Positions 14,261-28,833 of a stretch of 64,000 nucleotides of DNA are shown piece after piece. Both the position numbers and the translations under genes were made by a program. The notes under the pieces are model-generated. The model had not been told where the DNA came from. It ran no database searches and saw only the letters and a list, made by a program, of their open reading frames with translations. Within the stretch, counting starts at the first letter, position 1; the number at the start of each line of letters is the position of its first letter. This DNA is from Eledone cirrhosa (taxonomy: Eukaryota): the NCBI GenBank assembly GCA_964016885.1, contig OZ024746.1:87668001-87732000 (forward strand), written 5' to 3'.

Positions 14261-14407
14261 GAATGTTTGTTTTATAAATATTGACATATCCAGGAATGAG
14301 ACATTAACGATTGAATTTTCACGCTATCCAGGTGAAACTATCTTGGTGAAACTTGAACCGTTAAGATCTCATTCCTGGATATGTCAATATTTATAAAACA
14401 AACTTTG

Positions 14408-14468
14408 TATTTTATCTGATGAGTGCGTATCAAAGTTTTGGTACCCTAGAAATATATATAATAGAATA
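14408..14468 (+). ncRNA. Type I hammerhead motif
   Basis: TATTTTAT-CTGATGA-GTGCGTATCA..TGGTACCCTA-GAAA-TATATA-TA-ATAGAATA. Confidence 0.78.
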
Positions 14469-14601
14469 AATATGGTTTTATAAATATATTTTCCATTTAT
14501 TAATATCATTGATATTATACTCCAGAAAAGCTGTCGAGTGCTTCGAATATGTTATTAATATATATATTTGTTGAATTACCAACAAACTAAATATCCCTTT
14601 G

Positions 14602-14680
<79 letters not shown>

Positions 14681-14720
14681 TTCTCTCTCTCTCGCTCTCT
14701 CACTCTCTCTCTCTCTCTCC

Positions 14721-14766
<46 letters not shown>

Positions 14767-14818
14767 ATATATATATACATAATTATACATGAATTATACA
14801 TATATACATATATATACA

Positions 14819-14878
14819 TGAATTATACATAATGTAAACAATTCCTAGGGAAACGTAAATCTTTACTTTTAGAGTGGG

Positions 14879-14922
<44 letters not shown>

Positions 14923-14982
14923 CCCACTCTAAAAGTAAAGATTTACGTTTCCCTAGGAATTGTTTACATTATGTATAATTCA
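14819..14982. repeat. Perfect ~62-bp inverted repeat centred on a (TA)n tract
   Basis: 14819-14880 is the reverse complement of 14921-14982. Confidence 0.95.
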
Positions 14983-15465
14983 CCATTTTACTGTCAGAGT
15001 GTCCAGCAATATGCAATCTCTTAAACCATCGAATACGTGAGACGACCTTTGACACCAAAACAAAATAAAAACCACATCCTTCTTATAACATATAGGTTAT
15101 TTAATCGATAGCTATTAGAAAAACTTTAAAACTAATTGATTTAACATTTACTGTACAAGTTGCACGAGATACACCGATTTCTGCATTATGAGTAAGTTTC
15201 ACATCCTCATGTCAACATCAAATAATCTAAAGCAGACATGTGACCTAATAGACAAACATAACTCGACTAAATTATTGATTATCTTATTATGAAGCTAAAA
15301 CGACAGTTTTAGTACGGTAGCAGGTGAGCATCTCAATTTGAATATCAAAAACATGAATAGCCACACACGCTAAGAAACTTAATTGGGGAGATTGAATTTT
15401 CCCCCACTACTGACCACGTCTAATGGTTGAATGGTTTAAGCTGCAGTATTGTAAAATATAATAAA

Positions 15466-16446
15466 CTAGCAGAATGGCCCGGCGTTGCTCGGGATTTGCT
15501 ATAGGGTTCTTATATATTTAATATATATTTATCCTTATCGAACCTCGTGAAATAAATACGTTTGTTTATTTTTTGTTATTGTGTACGCAAAAATATCTGT
15601 CCATAAATATATAATTATATATATATATTAAAATAACAGACTAAAGTTTAAGCAAAGAATCACTGCTTTCACGCTTAACGGATATTTTACCTAAAAGCAG
15701 TATGCAGTACACTACGACTAATTGATGTAATCTTTGGCCTTGTTTGTTTATATTTTGTTTTTGTGTGTGCAAAAATATCTGTACATGAATATCTATTTTA
15801 AAATAACATATTAATGTTTAAGCAAAGAGCGGTGGATTGGCAGTATCGGTAGAGGGTCGGACGCCATGCTTTCCAGCATAGTTACGTCACTTTACGATCT
15901 GAGTTCAAATCCCGCCGAGGCTGACTTGGCCTTTCATCCTTACGGGGTCGATAAAATAAAGTACCAGTAATGAACTGGGTAATTGCTGGCCTTGTGCCTA
16001 AAGTAGAAACAATTAATGTTTAAGCAAATAATCGCTGCTTTCAACCTTAACGGGATCTTCTTAAACTAAAAAAATCAATCTGGAAAACAGGAAGACGATA
16101 CTTTGGTTCGTGAAGACATTCCCTGGCATAAGAATATACACACAGACACACACTGATCGCGTCATAATGACGTAATACAGACAGTCAGGCATACAGACAG
16201 ATATTATGAAGGCGCGACGTCATATCTATGTATATATCTAAAAAGAGAAAGACTAAGAGAAAGCGAAAGAGATCGCTAAATCGCCTAATGCGGTCCCTAG
16301 GGCATTGACAATTTGACATCTGTTTTGCTCAAAAGAATTCCGGGGTCATACGGGTTACATGTATAAAGTTTGAAAAAAACCGGTTGGGTACTTCTCGAGT
16401 TTTAGAGAAACAGACACACAGACATCCTCTGTTTTATATATATAGA
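15466..16446 (-). mobile_element. Non-autonomous Helitron with nested SINE
   Basis: Minus-strand 5' TCTATATATATAAAA at 16446; 3' hairpin cccgagcaacgccggg plus CTAG at 15466, in an AT site. Confidence 0.85.
15829..16013 (+). mobile_element. Full-length tRNA-derived SINE
   Basis: A-box-like tggcagtatcgg, B-box gagttcaaatcc, central cctttcatccttacggggtcgataaaataaagtaccag; TSD attaatgtttaagcaaa. Confidence 0.92.
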
Positions 16447-19400
16447 TATGTAGAGTATTACTTATTCCTACATATAACATGATTTATTATTTTACTTTGT
16501 TCCTATAATTAATCAATGCCAAACGTTAATTATGATTCTTCAAATATTTGCTAAAACGCTACCATCTACATATACATAAATGTGCATGTGTTGTTTACAT
16601 GTTTATGTCTGCGTTTGGGTATGAGTAGCGTGCGCGCGCGTGTGTGTGTTTGGTACTGCGTGTGAGGGTTTGAGTAAATATGTGTGTGTACAATTTTCAA
16701 ATTTTCTGAACAATTATGAAAAAGTAGAATAGCTGAGGGTTTTCTGTCTCTTATTCTATTATTCTCAAATGATTCTCATACGGTTCACTCCACTTTATGG
16801 TATATAGGAACTGTAGATTAGGAAATAGAAAAACATCTCAGCTGTATGCTTTTGAGTAACTGGAAACATTTTGGGGTAGCTTAATACGTCCTTGATTCGA
16901 GTTTCAAACTCCCTGAACATACAGTTCAAGAGATTGTAGAAGAGATCGGTGGTTTAAGACACACATTGAAAGCACAGTATATCTATTAGGCAAACCATTT
17001 ATTTAGCATGCTATTATACTGATTGCTTAGCACTCATACCCAACCATCATATCACACCCTAATGACAGATTGATACGCTGGAATATGTATGTTTAGATAC
17101 ACTATCTCTGAAATCAAGATAGGATGGTCACGACTATGAATTATTTGATCATTTCTTAGCTCGAGCTAAATAACTACGACATGAATCAGTCATGAAATAT
17201 TTTTCTTTTACTTGTTTTACTGCTGTCAGCTGTTTCTTATTTACTAAATGTACTTGTCATATTATATCTGTTAGCAGTTATTTGGATAGAATAGTTGAAA
17301 CTTTAAAATCTGTTGATATCCTACTTGGGGAGATATTAAAGTTACTGGACATCGAAGCCGATACGTCGTTTACATGACTAAACCAATCGCATTGTTATAC
17401 CTTAAAATACATTATTTCTTCAAATTCTGTAAACATGCTAGTCATTCTTGACAAATTGATGTGTCTATGTCTAAATTAGGCTGGAAGAATAAGAACGCCT
17501 GGTGGTAGAAGAAATTACTAGTGCATCTGACAAGATGGCTTGCTTCGAGTGTTCATTTTCTATTTTTGTTTTTGTTCACATTCCGTGTACAAAGCAATCC
17601 CAGTCAATTTTGACTCCCATACGTCAAAATCTGAAATAAATCCCTAAGCAAAATCTTTAGATTAAGTTAAACGTCATTCCTTTCACATGCAGACATCCTA
17701 AGCAACATCCAATACAGAAAGATCACAATGATAATTTATAGACAAAGGCATTCTCAACCACATCTAAAACATTATAGTATCGGAAATGACAAATTACTGG
17801 ACTCTAACAGTCACTAAATTTTCTGCCGACCAAATTTCGCTCTTCCTCTATTTGTCAATCGTTTGACCTCACTTCCTCGATAGTGCACTCATTCAGATTA
17901 AACCCCGGAACCACGTTCGTTTAAGATAGAATTATTGAGAAAAATATATCCCTGAATCCTTCATATTAGCTCCGTTGTGTCAATCTAATAAGCACTAGAT
18001 AAGCGAGAGTCAATTTCTTCGACTATAATCTTCTTTTGAAAATATATTGCATTCTGTTAATGCAACACGAACATTATTATTGTCTTAATGTATATTTTTT
18101 GGCTGTCAGCTTATCGGATGTGAACGTTCAGCAATGATTCTATCCCTTAACTCAATTTCCGGTTAATTTTGAACATCATGCTAAGTAAAGTCGGATATTT
18201 TCAGTTCTTTGACACGACTGAGCGTTTCAAATAACTGCTTTGAGAATAAAAAAAATCTCGAACCGAGAAAATGACATGTTCATTGTGACTCCATAGACAT
18301 GTTCCAGTTTGGCTCATATTTTGTCATGATTGTAATGCAATTGTGTGAAAGAGAACCGAGTTATGAATTTTGTTATACCGCCTTAGAAAAGAACTTGACG
18401 GTAACAATATATAGTAACGAGCAACTAGATAGATAATTAAATTCATATTATCCATAGTATGTAGCGATATTTTCTGATGGGCAGATGTAAATTAATACTG
18501 GAGAAGACATTGATTTTCACTTTACATTTTTTTTTTAGAAATATAACGTGCAAGTAATACACTAGATCGGTTCAGAACGTTTTTATAGTTACAAGAAATG
18601 ACAGCGCATTAAGTTAATATGACGCTTTGAAGAACGGATTTTATTTTATAGTGTCCGAAACTTGTCATATGTTTTCATTTTCGAGTTAAAGCAATTTCGC
18701 TTTTTACATTTGATATTAATGTCTTTGTAAGAGCTATAAACTTCAAGAAATTGTATTCGGCGCTATCCACGCAATATGTGTAATATCATCTTTCTTGGAA
18801 ATGAAAGGAATCTTGATTAAGTTTGCAGTTTGAGAGCTAAATTATAGCATCTCAGTGAGTTAGGGAGTAGATGTTATTTGTTACACACTTTCGATTTTAA
18901 GGCACATATGGAGCGTCAACACAGTCTCCCGTTTTCTAACCAGAATTATTACGTAAATCTCCCTCAAATTACAGGATGAAAAAACGTGAAACGTCGGGTA
19001 ATGGATTCGCAGACAAGCAATATCTAAAAGTAGGGCGTGACTGAAACATAAATTGATTATAAATCTATGAGCTCATCAACCACAACAACAATATAAACAC
19101 TCTGTTACATTTATTTGTATCTTCTTAAATTGAAAAGGGGCTGTATAATTTAAAAGCGTTGCTATATTAAACGTTTTCAAAGCCTTTAGAGCATGTTCCA
19201 ATACAGATTCAACTATTTCGATTCCCCTACACATTTCCAAATCATCTCCGACCGAAATAATTAGTTCACTTCGTTCTGCCGAGCGGGTACAGATTAATCA
19301 CAACTTAAGAAGGTAAATCATTTGATCCGAAAGCAACAAATGATCACCGTTGATGGAATGTTTTCATTAGCTTTTCAATAGATAGTTCAAATATCTTTTT

Positions 19401-19966
19401 CATCAGAAGGAAATACATCCTCATGTATAGAGAAATAGATAAATTGGTAAACTGTGACATTCATGCCTTTGTAAACTCCATAGTATGAAAATAAGTGTGA
19501 AATAGCTGCAAACTAATTCGTAAAGAACAGAAATGTATGCCCCTAGCTAAGGGGCATAAATTCAACTATAATACGTTCGGCAAATTTCGAGTTTCAAACT
19601 GTATTGGATTAGTTTGTTTTCTCAGTATTGTTATTTATTTGGCAAGTAAGTGATTTGTATATATGCTCAATCAACCAATTTAGTTCCCAAGAGAAGTCGA
19701 ATTATTATCATATGAGAGCCAAATGGTTTTCAGGCGGAAATAATGGAATTTTAACAGTGTCTGGAAAGGTTGATTTGGCAACCAAACATATTTCTATGTC
19801 GCGTCGCTCAGAATATACTGGCATTTCTGTATTGGACAATTTTATTTCCTGTCCTATGTTAATACATTATAGGTGGCAATAGGTTGGATGGATGCTGCTA
19901 GGTGAAATATGAGTTACACTAACGGTTTCAATTCCCAACATAATTATACACACATACACACACATA

Positions 19967-20044
<78 letters not shown>

Positions 20045-20156
20045 TTGTTACGGTTTCCGAATCGACATGTTATAACTTGTTGTCTACTCTTTCGTCGTCG
20101 GATCTGCATCTCTTTCAAACATTAATAACTGCATCTATTAAATACTTCATATATAA

Positions 20157-20372
20157 GGGCAGTGTCAATAAAGCGGCGGACACCACGCTTTGCAGCATAG
20201 AGTTACTGTCCTTTATAGTCTGCAGCATCCTTTACGCCGAGGTTAACTTTGTCATTTATCCTTACAGGGTTGATAAAATAAAGCACCAGTAACGTACTGG
20301 GGTCATTTAATCGACTTTCCCTTCCCCCCAAAAAAAATTACTGGCCTTGTGCCTATACTAGAAATCCTTAAT
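20157..20372 (+). mobile_element. SINE copy
   Basis: Family core and tail. Confidence 0.8.
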
Positions 20373-20911
20373 TACTTCAAATATTTTGAAATTATCAAAC
20401 AAAAACTATTTTATTGTCGTCGAGAACGCTTGTTCGCACCATATCTCATACTGCTAATTTAATTTCTAATAAGTTCCTACACATTATATTATAATCTATT
20501 GAGTAATTGATATTTTATTAAAATTGTCATCTACTTTACTTAACTAGATGAAAAACTAGTATCTTAATACGCCGTTTAACTAGGCCATAATAGAAGTGTA
20601 GCAAAATTATTTCCCGGATATTAAGTTCATTTGTCACAGGAATGTTCTCTAAATTATACGCTTGTGTTGTTTTTGATTATCTTAGCTATATGTTCCTAGA
20701 AAAGAAACTTTGTAAGTGGTGATGACAGACACTGATTCGTCTATTCATCAGTAATGGTTCGATTGCACGCTTATATTTTGCGTTGCAGTATCGTCAAGTA
20801 CTGATATGATTTCTAGAGATTGGATCACCACATTTGAGATTTCAAAATTCTTTCTCACTTACACCCGCACTCACCCCACTCTCTCTCCCGTTTCTCTCTT
20901 TCTCTCACCAT

Positions 20912-20958
20912 CTCTCACTCACTCACTCACTCACTCACTCACTCACTCACTCACTCAC

Positions 20959-21030
<72 letters not shown>
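20912..21030. repeat. (CTCA)n-(CT)n microsatellite
   Basis: Direct reading. Confidence 0.95.
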
Positions 21031-21033
<3 letters not shown>

Positions 21034-21881
21034 TTTTGCTCTAATCTCCGTTGTATTAAATTGTTTCCTAAGAATTTTCAAATATCGAAAGCGTATCATC
21101 GGGATAGTATTTTACCAATATATATTTGTGGAAATATATAAAAGTGTAGTTGCGTAGGTGTTTATAGTTAAATAGTAATATATGCTTATAAATGATTCAT
21201 CAAAGAAGACCCTTTGTGGTTGTAGGTTCTGTTTGGTTTGGAAGGATGATATCTCTCAAAGCATACATACCTTACCGTCATATAATAGACATTTGTTGGA
21301 TAACGCATTAGAAATTCTCTGAAAAAAAGAAGAATTGAATGGTCACTGAATTTTTATCAAATCAAGCATTCTCCCATTCAAAAAGGGGAGAAGATATTTT
21401 ATAACGTAGATTATGGTACAACAAGCCTATTTATAACATGCTATAAACCAGAATGTAAAGCTACTAATCGATTGCCTCGGCAATCAGCAATGCCAGAACT
21501 TATCGTTTTATTGACCCAGCAAGGACGAACATCAATGATGATTGTCGCAAGGTGTGGGGAAAAAATTGAAATCACCGTCACCTGTATTTAATTCAATATT
21601 TAAAGGAATATAGATATATACTTCAAACACATTTTTGTGGCGCTACCCCAATTTTACCCCATTATATCCATATAGCTGAATTATGTTTTCCTGATATAAA
21701 ACACATAACATCTATTGTTTAATCATTCTGTTATTGCAGATCTAAAATAATAGGTTAGTTTTATCATATTTAAGGTAGAGAAGATTATAATCTTATTTTA
21801 GGCTTATGAAATCCAGAATACAAAAGTATCTAGTTGTGGGATAATGTATTTTAAATAGACATTACTATATAGTATAGGCCT

Positions 21882-22070
21882 GTGGATTGGCAGTATCGGT
21901 CGAATGTCGGACACCATGCTTTACAGCATAGAATTACGTCCCTTTACGGACTGAGTTCAAATCCCACCGAGGTTAACTCTGCCTTTCATCCTTACGGGTT
22001 CGTCTAAATAAAGTACCAGTAATGTATTGGATACTTGTTGGCCTTGTGCCAAATACAGAAACAATTATTA
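21882..22070 (+). mobile_element. SINE copy
   Basis: Full head-core-tail match. Confidence 0.9.
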
Positions 22071-22382
22071 CACAAACAAAAAATATGTTCAATGCGAAAC
22101 TTTTCGGTAAAGGAAAATATATCATTGATTTCACCCAAGTTGCTTACCACGATAGAGAATAGAATCATTTAAAATTTTAAATGTTATATATACGAAAACA
22201 TTAGGGAAGGTGCCGCTCCTGTAATTCCTAAGGTGTCACAGTGGTGATGTACTAATATACGGCGTTTCTAGGACATCTTTAAACCTGGTGGATCCCATCA
22301 CTTTCCAGGACTGAATACAGCAGATATCTCCTAGGGAAGGATAGGTGTCAAGAAAATAGAAGTGATAAAGCGATAGCGAAAG

Positions 22383-22540
22383 AAAATCGACCCCACTAGA
22401 AGACTGATATTTTTTTACTGACCTTGAATGAATAAAAGGCAAAGTTGACCTTGGTGAGATTTAAACTTAGAGAGCTGAGAGTCTAAACGAATACCACAAA
22501 TTCTCTATCTGACTTTCTAATAACTCTGCTAGTTCACCGC
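22383..22540 (-). mobile_element. Older related SINE subfamily
   Basis: aaaggcaaagttgacct..g.gatttaaact.aga core. Confidence 0.65.
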
Positions 22541-22739
22541 TTTTTAAAACATTATGGTGGTTCAAATAACACATAACACGCTTTTCCCCATATATCTATT
22601 TTTATTTTTACTGTTCTTGACAGAGATCTTGCATGAATACATTTTACCCACGGCGTAACACTGACTTCGTTGTTTGATTTAAATTTACGTTTGTTTTTAT
22701 TTTTTAATTGACGGCCCTATTCAATAGCATTATCTCAGT

Positions 22740-22952
22740 GACTATTCTTTAATCATTTCGGCAAGAGTTCATCGAAAATGTATACACTCTACTGTACATA
22801 ATAGAATAGTGATGAGATAGTCACTCTATATATCTATAATATTGTTGACTATTCTTTAATCATTTCGGCAAGAGTTCATCGAAAATGAATACACTCTACT
22901 GTACATAATAGAATAATGATGAGATAGTCACTCTATATATCTATAATATTGT
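22740..22952. repeat. Near-perfect tandem duplication of ~107 bp
   Basis: gactattctttaatcatttcggcaagag...ctataatattgt occurs twice head-to-tail. Confidence 0.95.
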
Positions 22953-23151
22953 AGAACAATAGACATTGAAAATTGTTAAATATTAGGAAATGTTATGTTA
23001 TCTAGCGAAATCTAATTATTATAATGTATATGTCTGATGAATTGCCATTCAACTATGTTCAATAATAGCAACATTCCATAACTATAAGAAGGTGATAGCA
23101 TTAGTCGTATTATCGGCACTACAGGGAAAAACTGCCACTATTCTATCGACA

Positions 23152-23370
23152 GTGGATTGGTAGAATCGATAGAGTGCAGGACAGTGTGATTTGTGCTATA
23201 TAGTTACATACCTTTACGTTCTGACTTCAAATCCCACTGAGGTTAGCTTTCCAATTCATCCTATTGGGTTCGATAAACTAAAGTACCAGTAATGCACTGG
23301 GGATCGTTGTAATTGAATTTTCCTTTCGCTGAACATTGTTGGCATTGTGCCTGAATCAGAAACCATTATT
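23152..23370 (+). mobile_element. SINE copy with TSD
   Basis: Family match; TSD tattctatYgaca. Confidence 0.88.
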
Positions 23371-23638
23371 CTATTGACATACTTTTGGTGTGATGTACAG
23401 GAAAGTTTTTCTAAACTGGATTTAAATTTTGAACATTGAAAAACAAGCCTGCTGCATTTACTCTACCTCTTGCCATCTCTAATACATACCAGTATCTAAA
23501 GATTACGAATTTGCTGCAATAATATCAGTACCACGAAGTTTGGTGTTGCATGATAACATATCAGAATGCACTTTTTACGTTCAGTCTTGTAAATATATTG
23601 TGAGAATAAAAACACATTGATAAATTATGTATCACAAA

Positions 23639-23812
23639 ATAATTGTTTCTACTTTTTGGCACAAGGCCAGCAATTACCCAGTGCATTACTGTTACTTTAT
23701 TTTATCAACCCCGTAAGGATGAAAGACAAAGTTGACCTCGACAGGATTTGAACTCAGAATGGCAAGGGTCGTAACTCTATGCGTCAAATCATGGCGTCCG
23801 ACCGTCTACCGC
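23639..23812 (-). mobile_element. SINE copy
   Basis: Family match. Confidence 0.9.
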
Positions 23813-24599
23813 ACAATATTCTACGAACTTTGATTGAAATCTATTATATGTGTCAATGTTAGTGGCATCTGTCTACGCAAATGACTTACAAGAAATATGT
23901 CATATATATTTCTAATATCACGTTCTACCTTCATAATAAATGGAAAAAGTATTGAAAATATAATTTCACAAACATTTCGTCTGAATATACATGCTGGCCA
24001 CAACTAAAACTCCCTCGCCGATAGGCTGCTCAATCAATGCTGGCCTGGGCAGAACAGACAGATATACTTTCTCCGGCTTATTTGCGATAACAGAAATGTA
24101 ATCAAGCTAGTCAGAAAATATTATATTTCAATAATCTTCTTCTTTACAAAGAACTTCAGTTCAGTTACAGAGCCATGTTTCATCCAACTAGTGAAAGAAC
24201 TAAATATTCGTGTATTTGTTATCTATAAACCAACGTTAAACAGGCGCTGTGATATGAGTTCTTATTTCCAAACAGCAGACTCAAACTTATTGCAACCAGT
24301 TCGTAAAAGTGAAATTATTTACCTCTCCTATGTTTATGAATTGACTAATAATTTGTCCTAAATGCATCACAATTCTGGTTTTATTTAAAGTAAGTAGTCG
24401 ATCTTTTGCATAATTATACATGATATTGTTATACACACTGATTCACAGATTAAGCCCAACTGTCCCATGAATCAATGCTAAATATATTTCTTTCATTAGA
24501 ACAAGCATAATTTGTTGTATCTGATGAGATAGAGGGTAATCTTAATCTACCAATTTCAGTATCCTAGCAATACATATATTTATTTTGTGTAGGGGAGTT

Positions 24600-24830
24600 A
24601 TAATGTCAGTTTCGATGATAATGAAGTTCAATATTCGTCTTGACTTTGTGCAGTTTGCTGTAGTTTGGAGAAACACAAAATGGCACCGAATTCCTCATGA
24701 CCATAGCCCAATGAAGGGAATAGGATGCAACATGTAAAAGAGTATTTCAGGCTGAGGGAAACATTTAACTCCCAAAATAAGCTACTATGATGATTCAACT
24801 GTGGAAAGGAATACATCACCAGGTCTTGAA
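24600..24830 (+). mobile_element. Possible ancient DNA-transposase relic
   Basis: Manual frame WHRIPHDHSPMKGIGCNM loosely resembles the W....HGKGP.DG.G motif; contains stops. Confidence 0.25.
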
Positions 24831-25605
24831 TTTTCTTTCGAATATTGTGGAATTTTACCTTTATTCTAAATATTCAGAGTGAAATATTCCAGACATACAG
24901 CAGCAGTACACAAAAATATCTATATGTATTTATCAATTCGCGAGAGAATTGGTCATAATATTTTACATCAGTTTCTTTAATTCACTATAATTTATTTGTG
25001 TTATTTTCTAATTTGCTTAAGAGATTATACAGAAATTTTTTAGAAAAAATATAAATTGAATTGAATGTATGAGTTAAATAGATAAGTTACAACAACAGAG
25101 ACAGTGTATATAAAATATATCAGAAAAAAAAGAAACATTCTCAAAAATGTAAGTATCGAAATAAATCAAATACATGAAAAGAAATAACGAGATTTTTTAA
25201 GAACACCAATGGAACACGAACAATATCAGTAATAACAAAGGCAGCAGCTAAAATCTCAACTAGAGCGAAGAACTATTCAATTAAAACATGCGTTACATAT
25301 CATTATATCGATTCACATTTCAAATGGCGCCATTATTATTTTAAGGTATTCCCCCAGCTGAATAGTTTAACGAACTAAAAATAGTAAAATTGGCGTTCAA
25401 AAGTCTATTGCAATTCACGCTGCGTTTAATTCCTTCTTCTTCTTCTTATCGCCTTATTTCTTATTTTATTTATACTATTATTTATTTATTTTATTTATTC
25501 TACTTGATAAAGTCTTCTTTTTTTTATTTTATTTCATCTCAACTGATATGTTATACTCATCATTTCTGTTTTTGAAATCGTCTTCCCTTTGCTCTCTTTC
25601 CCTAT

Positions 25606-25667
<62 letters not shown>

Positions 25668-25866
25668 CTTTAGGTTTGTTGGTTCACCACTGGATACGAC
25701 TGGTCATTCCGTATGGTCAATCCTGGTGTAATATTGTGAAGAGTACTCAACGCAGTGCAGTTCACCCATCTTCGTTTGTGTAGTTGGTGGTGCGAATACG
25801 GAGTTAATTATAAATAAAATATAATAACAGGAGGCTAGACTGGTGTAAATCATTGAAAGGTTTATT

Positions 25867-25924
25867 ATACTATGATCATTTCAATGACAGGGTTCCATAT
25901 GAATCCGGTGATATCATCAGGTAT
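25867..25924 (-). ncRNA. Type I hammerhead motif
   Basis: ATAC-CTGATGA-TATCACCGGATTC..GAACCCTGTCATT-GAAA-TGATCA-TA-GTAT. Confidence 0.8.
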
Positions 25925-27183
25925 TGGAATATAACAAAGGAATATGTAAAAAAACATGGGTCCGAAAAATCAGAGACAGAGACAAAGCGGACGACTGACC
26001 AACTAGCTGCTCGGCCAGTCGCCCTCAAAGTGGTGGCAACTGAATCTACTAATGAACATCTGGTGAGGGGGCGAAGGCTTATAATGCACTACCACCTCTC
26101 CGTCAAAGAAAAATGGGAAGAAAGAAAGAATGGGAGAAAGAAGTCAGTGTAGGGGTCACACTACATTCATGTTAGAAAATGCCGCGAAAAAATGCTACTC
26201 CAAAGAATCTATAAAGGGTCTCTGTATGGTCTAATGTGTGAACCGAAGATTGGAACGTTAAACTTATGTTGCGAGTTATAGGATGAAATTAAATTAAATT
26301 AAAAATATTAAATTGCAAAATGATAAATTGAAAAATAAGTTATTAGAGAATTAAAGGTTAAGGTAGCGAGATTTATTTATTTAATGAATTTACGGAGAGA
26401 GTCTTATATGAAAAAATTAATCTCGATAAGATATTGGGATGGGATATAGAGTAAAGATTTCGATTGGGAGTCCCAGCCAGCATCCCCCCCCCCCCACCAC
26501 CACCACCATGAGTCAGCCAGTCTCGAGTGGTATCGTCCAGCGAAAGAAATGGAAATTAATTTTTCCGAGTACTCAAGGAACGTAGCTACGTTAGGCCCTG
26601 GGAGCGCTAGCGGGAACTCCACAATTTCGACAGGCCATCGTCTATACCAAACGAATACTATTAAATCACACATGAGGGGTTTATTTACGTGCCAGTAGAG
26701 GCATGATGCAGCTAATAGTTATGCCTAAACCTGGAGTTTATAGGTATAAGTGTAATATGGCGGCCAAAACACGCCGCGCAGTGGGACCGGGTCAAAGCAA
26801 CCCGCTCCGAGTAATTTCGTTTACCGAAAGAGGAGAAATTTATTTTTCCGAGCACTCAAGGATGGCTGAACTTTCCGAGTGCCCAGCGCGCAGCCGGGAA
26901 AAGCCACCTCACAAGTCGAATGTAGCAACCCAATGAAAAGTGAAAATGGACCAAAATTATTTTAAAGTCCCAGTTAGTCCGGGTTATAAGTAGTGTGGTT
27001 CATTGGTGGGTAGGGAGCTATGAAATGTGCATAATGAACTGAGTAAGGAAAGTTACAAAAACATATTAAATGCAGCATACAAATAATTAATACAAATATA
27101 AAAATAGAATACATTGATAAAAATACATTAATAAAATAATAAAAAATTAATGAGATAATAAAATATTCATTTGTCATATACGA

Positions 27184-27241
27184 ATACCTAATGATATCAC
27201 CGGATTCATATGGAACCCGGTCATTGAAATGATCATAGTAT
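27184..27241 (+). ncRNA. Hammerhead motif with core mutation (CTAATGA)
   Basis: Mirror of 25867-25924. Confidence 0.65.
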
Positions 27242-27289
27242 AATAAATCGTTCAAGGATTTACACCAGTCCAGCCTCCTGTTCTTTTAT

Positions 27290-27752
<463 letters not shown>

Positions 27753-27990
27753 GTGGAAAAGTAAGAAATAGGAGAACAGACCGTTAGTACATGTTTAAAT
27801 AAACCTGTATTAACGGTCTGTTCTCCTATTTCTTACTTGTCCACGTGCTCTGCTAACTCTCTCGCCCAGTAGATATTAACACCTCTAATGTCTAACACTG
27901 CCGGCACTAGTATTGAGCACCTTCTGCATACGGTATTTGGCAAATAACTACATGTATCACCTATCCCTCCTCTTTTCTCTCTCTCGATAC

Positions 27991-28053
<63 letters not shown>

Positions 28054-28529
28054 GCAGACACCTGTAAAGATAGATATTCATACATACATACATACATACA
28101 TACATACATACGAACTTAATAATGATTTATTTAATTGTCATAAAATGGCAAAAAACAATCCCTCCATTGGCTATATGAACAGAATGAAGGTACACTGGGA
28201 CGAAATGCATCCAGAGCTAAATTATTTCACAGCAAAACGATTACGCCACCAAACTACGTTTGTTGAACGTAAAAATAAGCTAAATATTATTAATTGTAAG
28301 TCCCCCACAACAAAAACTGCCACAACTCGCCATGGTACTAGACTTCCTAGCAGCCAGGTCGAACAGTGCCTTGAAACAACTATGCCTGTAAGAAACTTGA
28401 CACCACCTGTACCATCTAAATCTACGTCGAATCCTGGGGAAAACACTATCGATAATAATAATAATCGAAGAAATTTGACACCACGTGTACAATCCGAGTC
28501 TACCTCGACTATTGTGGAAAATACTATCG

Positions 28530-28688
28530 ATAATTGTTTCTAGTTTAGGCACAAGGCCAGCAATTACCCAGTGCATTACTGGTGCTTTATGTTATCGACC
28601 CCGTAAGGATTTGAACTCAGATCGTAAAGGGACGTAACTATGCTTGAAAGCATGGTGTCCGACCCTCTACCGATAGTGCCAATCCACT
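28530..28688 (-). mobile_element. SINE nested in the R4-like element
   Basis: Family match; TSD actatcgataat. Confidence 0.9.
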
Positions 28689-28771
28689 ATCGATAATGAT
28701 AATTAAAAGTATAAAAGTATAAACAATTGAAAATTTCCCTCAACGAAATCTTCCAGAGAGAATTTAATTCA

Positions 28772-28833
28772 TACTCTTTTACTCTTTTACCTGTTTCAGC
28801 CATCCGGCTGAGGCCATGCTGGGGACCGCCCTT
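28772..28833 (-). mobile_element. 3' tail of a second retroposon family, nested in the R4-like element
   Basis: Minus strand cagcatggcc.cag..g.atggctgaaacaggt(aaaagagt)n; related piece at ~12335-12372. Confidence 0.6.

Larger units (their letters stand above)
14170..14603 (+). mobile_element. Fold-back hammerhead element, family A copy 2
   Basis: Arms ~14171-14322 and ~14346-14498, 3' tail ending atatccctttgct, (TA)n flanks. Confidence 0.88.

Noticed and set aside
22740-22952. CRISPR-like or regulatory array
   Set aside because: Just two adjacent copies with no spacers, in eukaryotic context.
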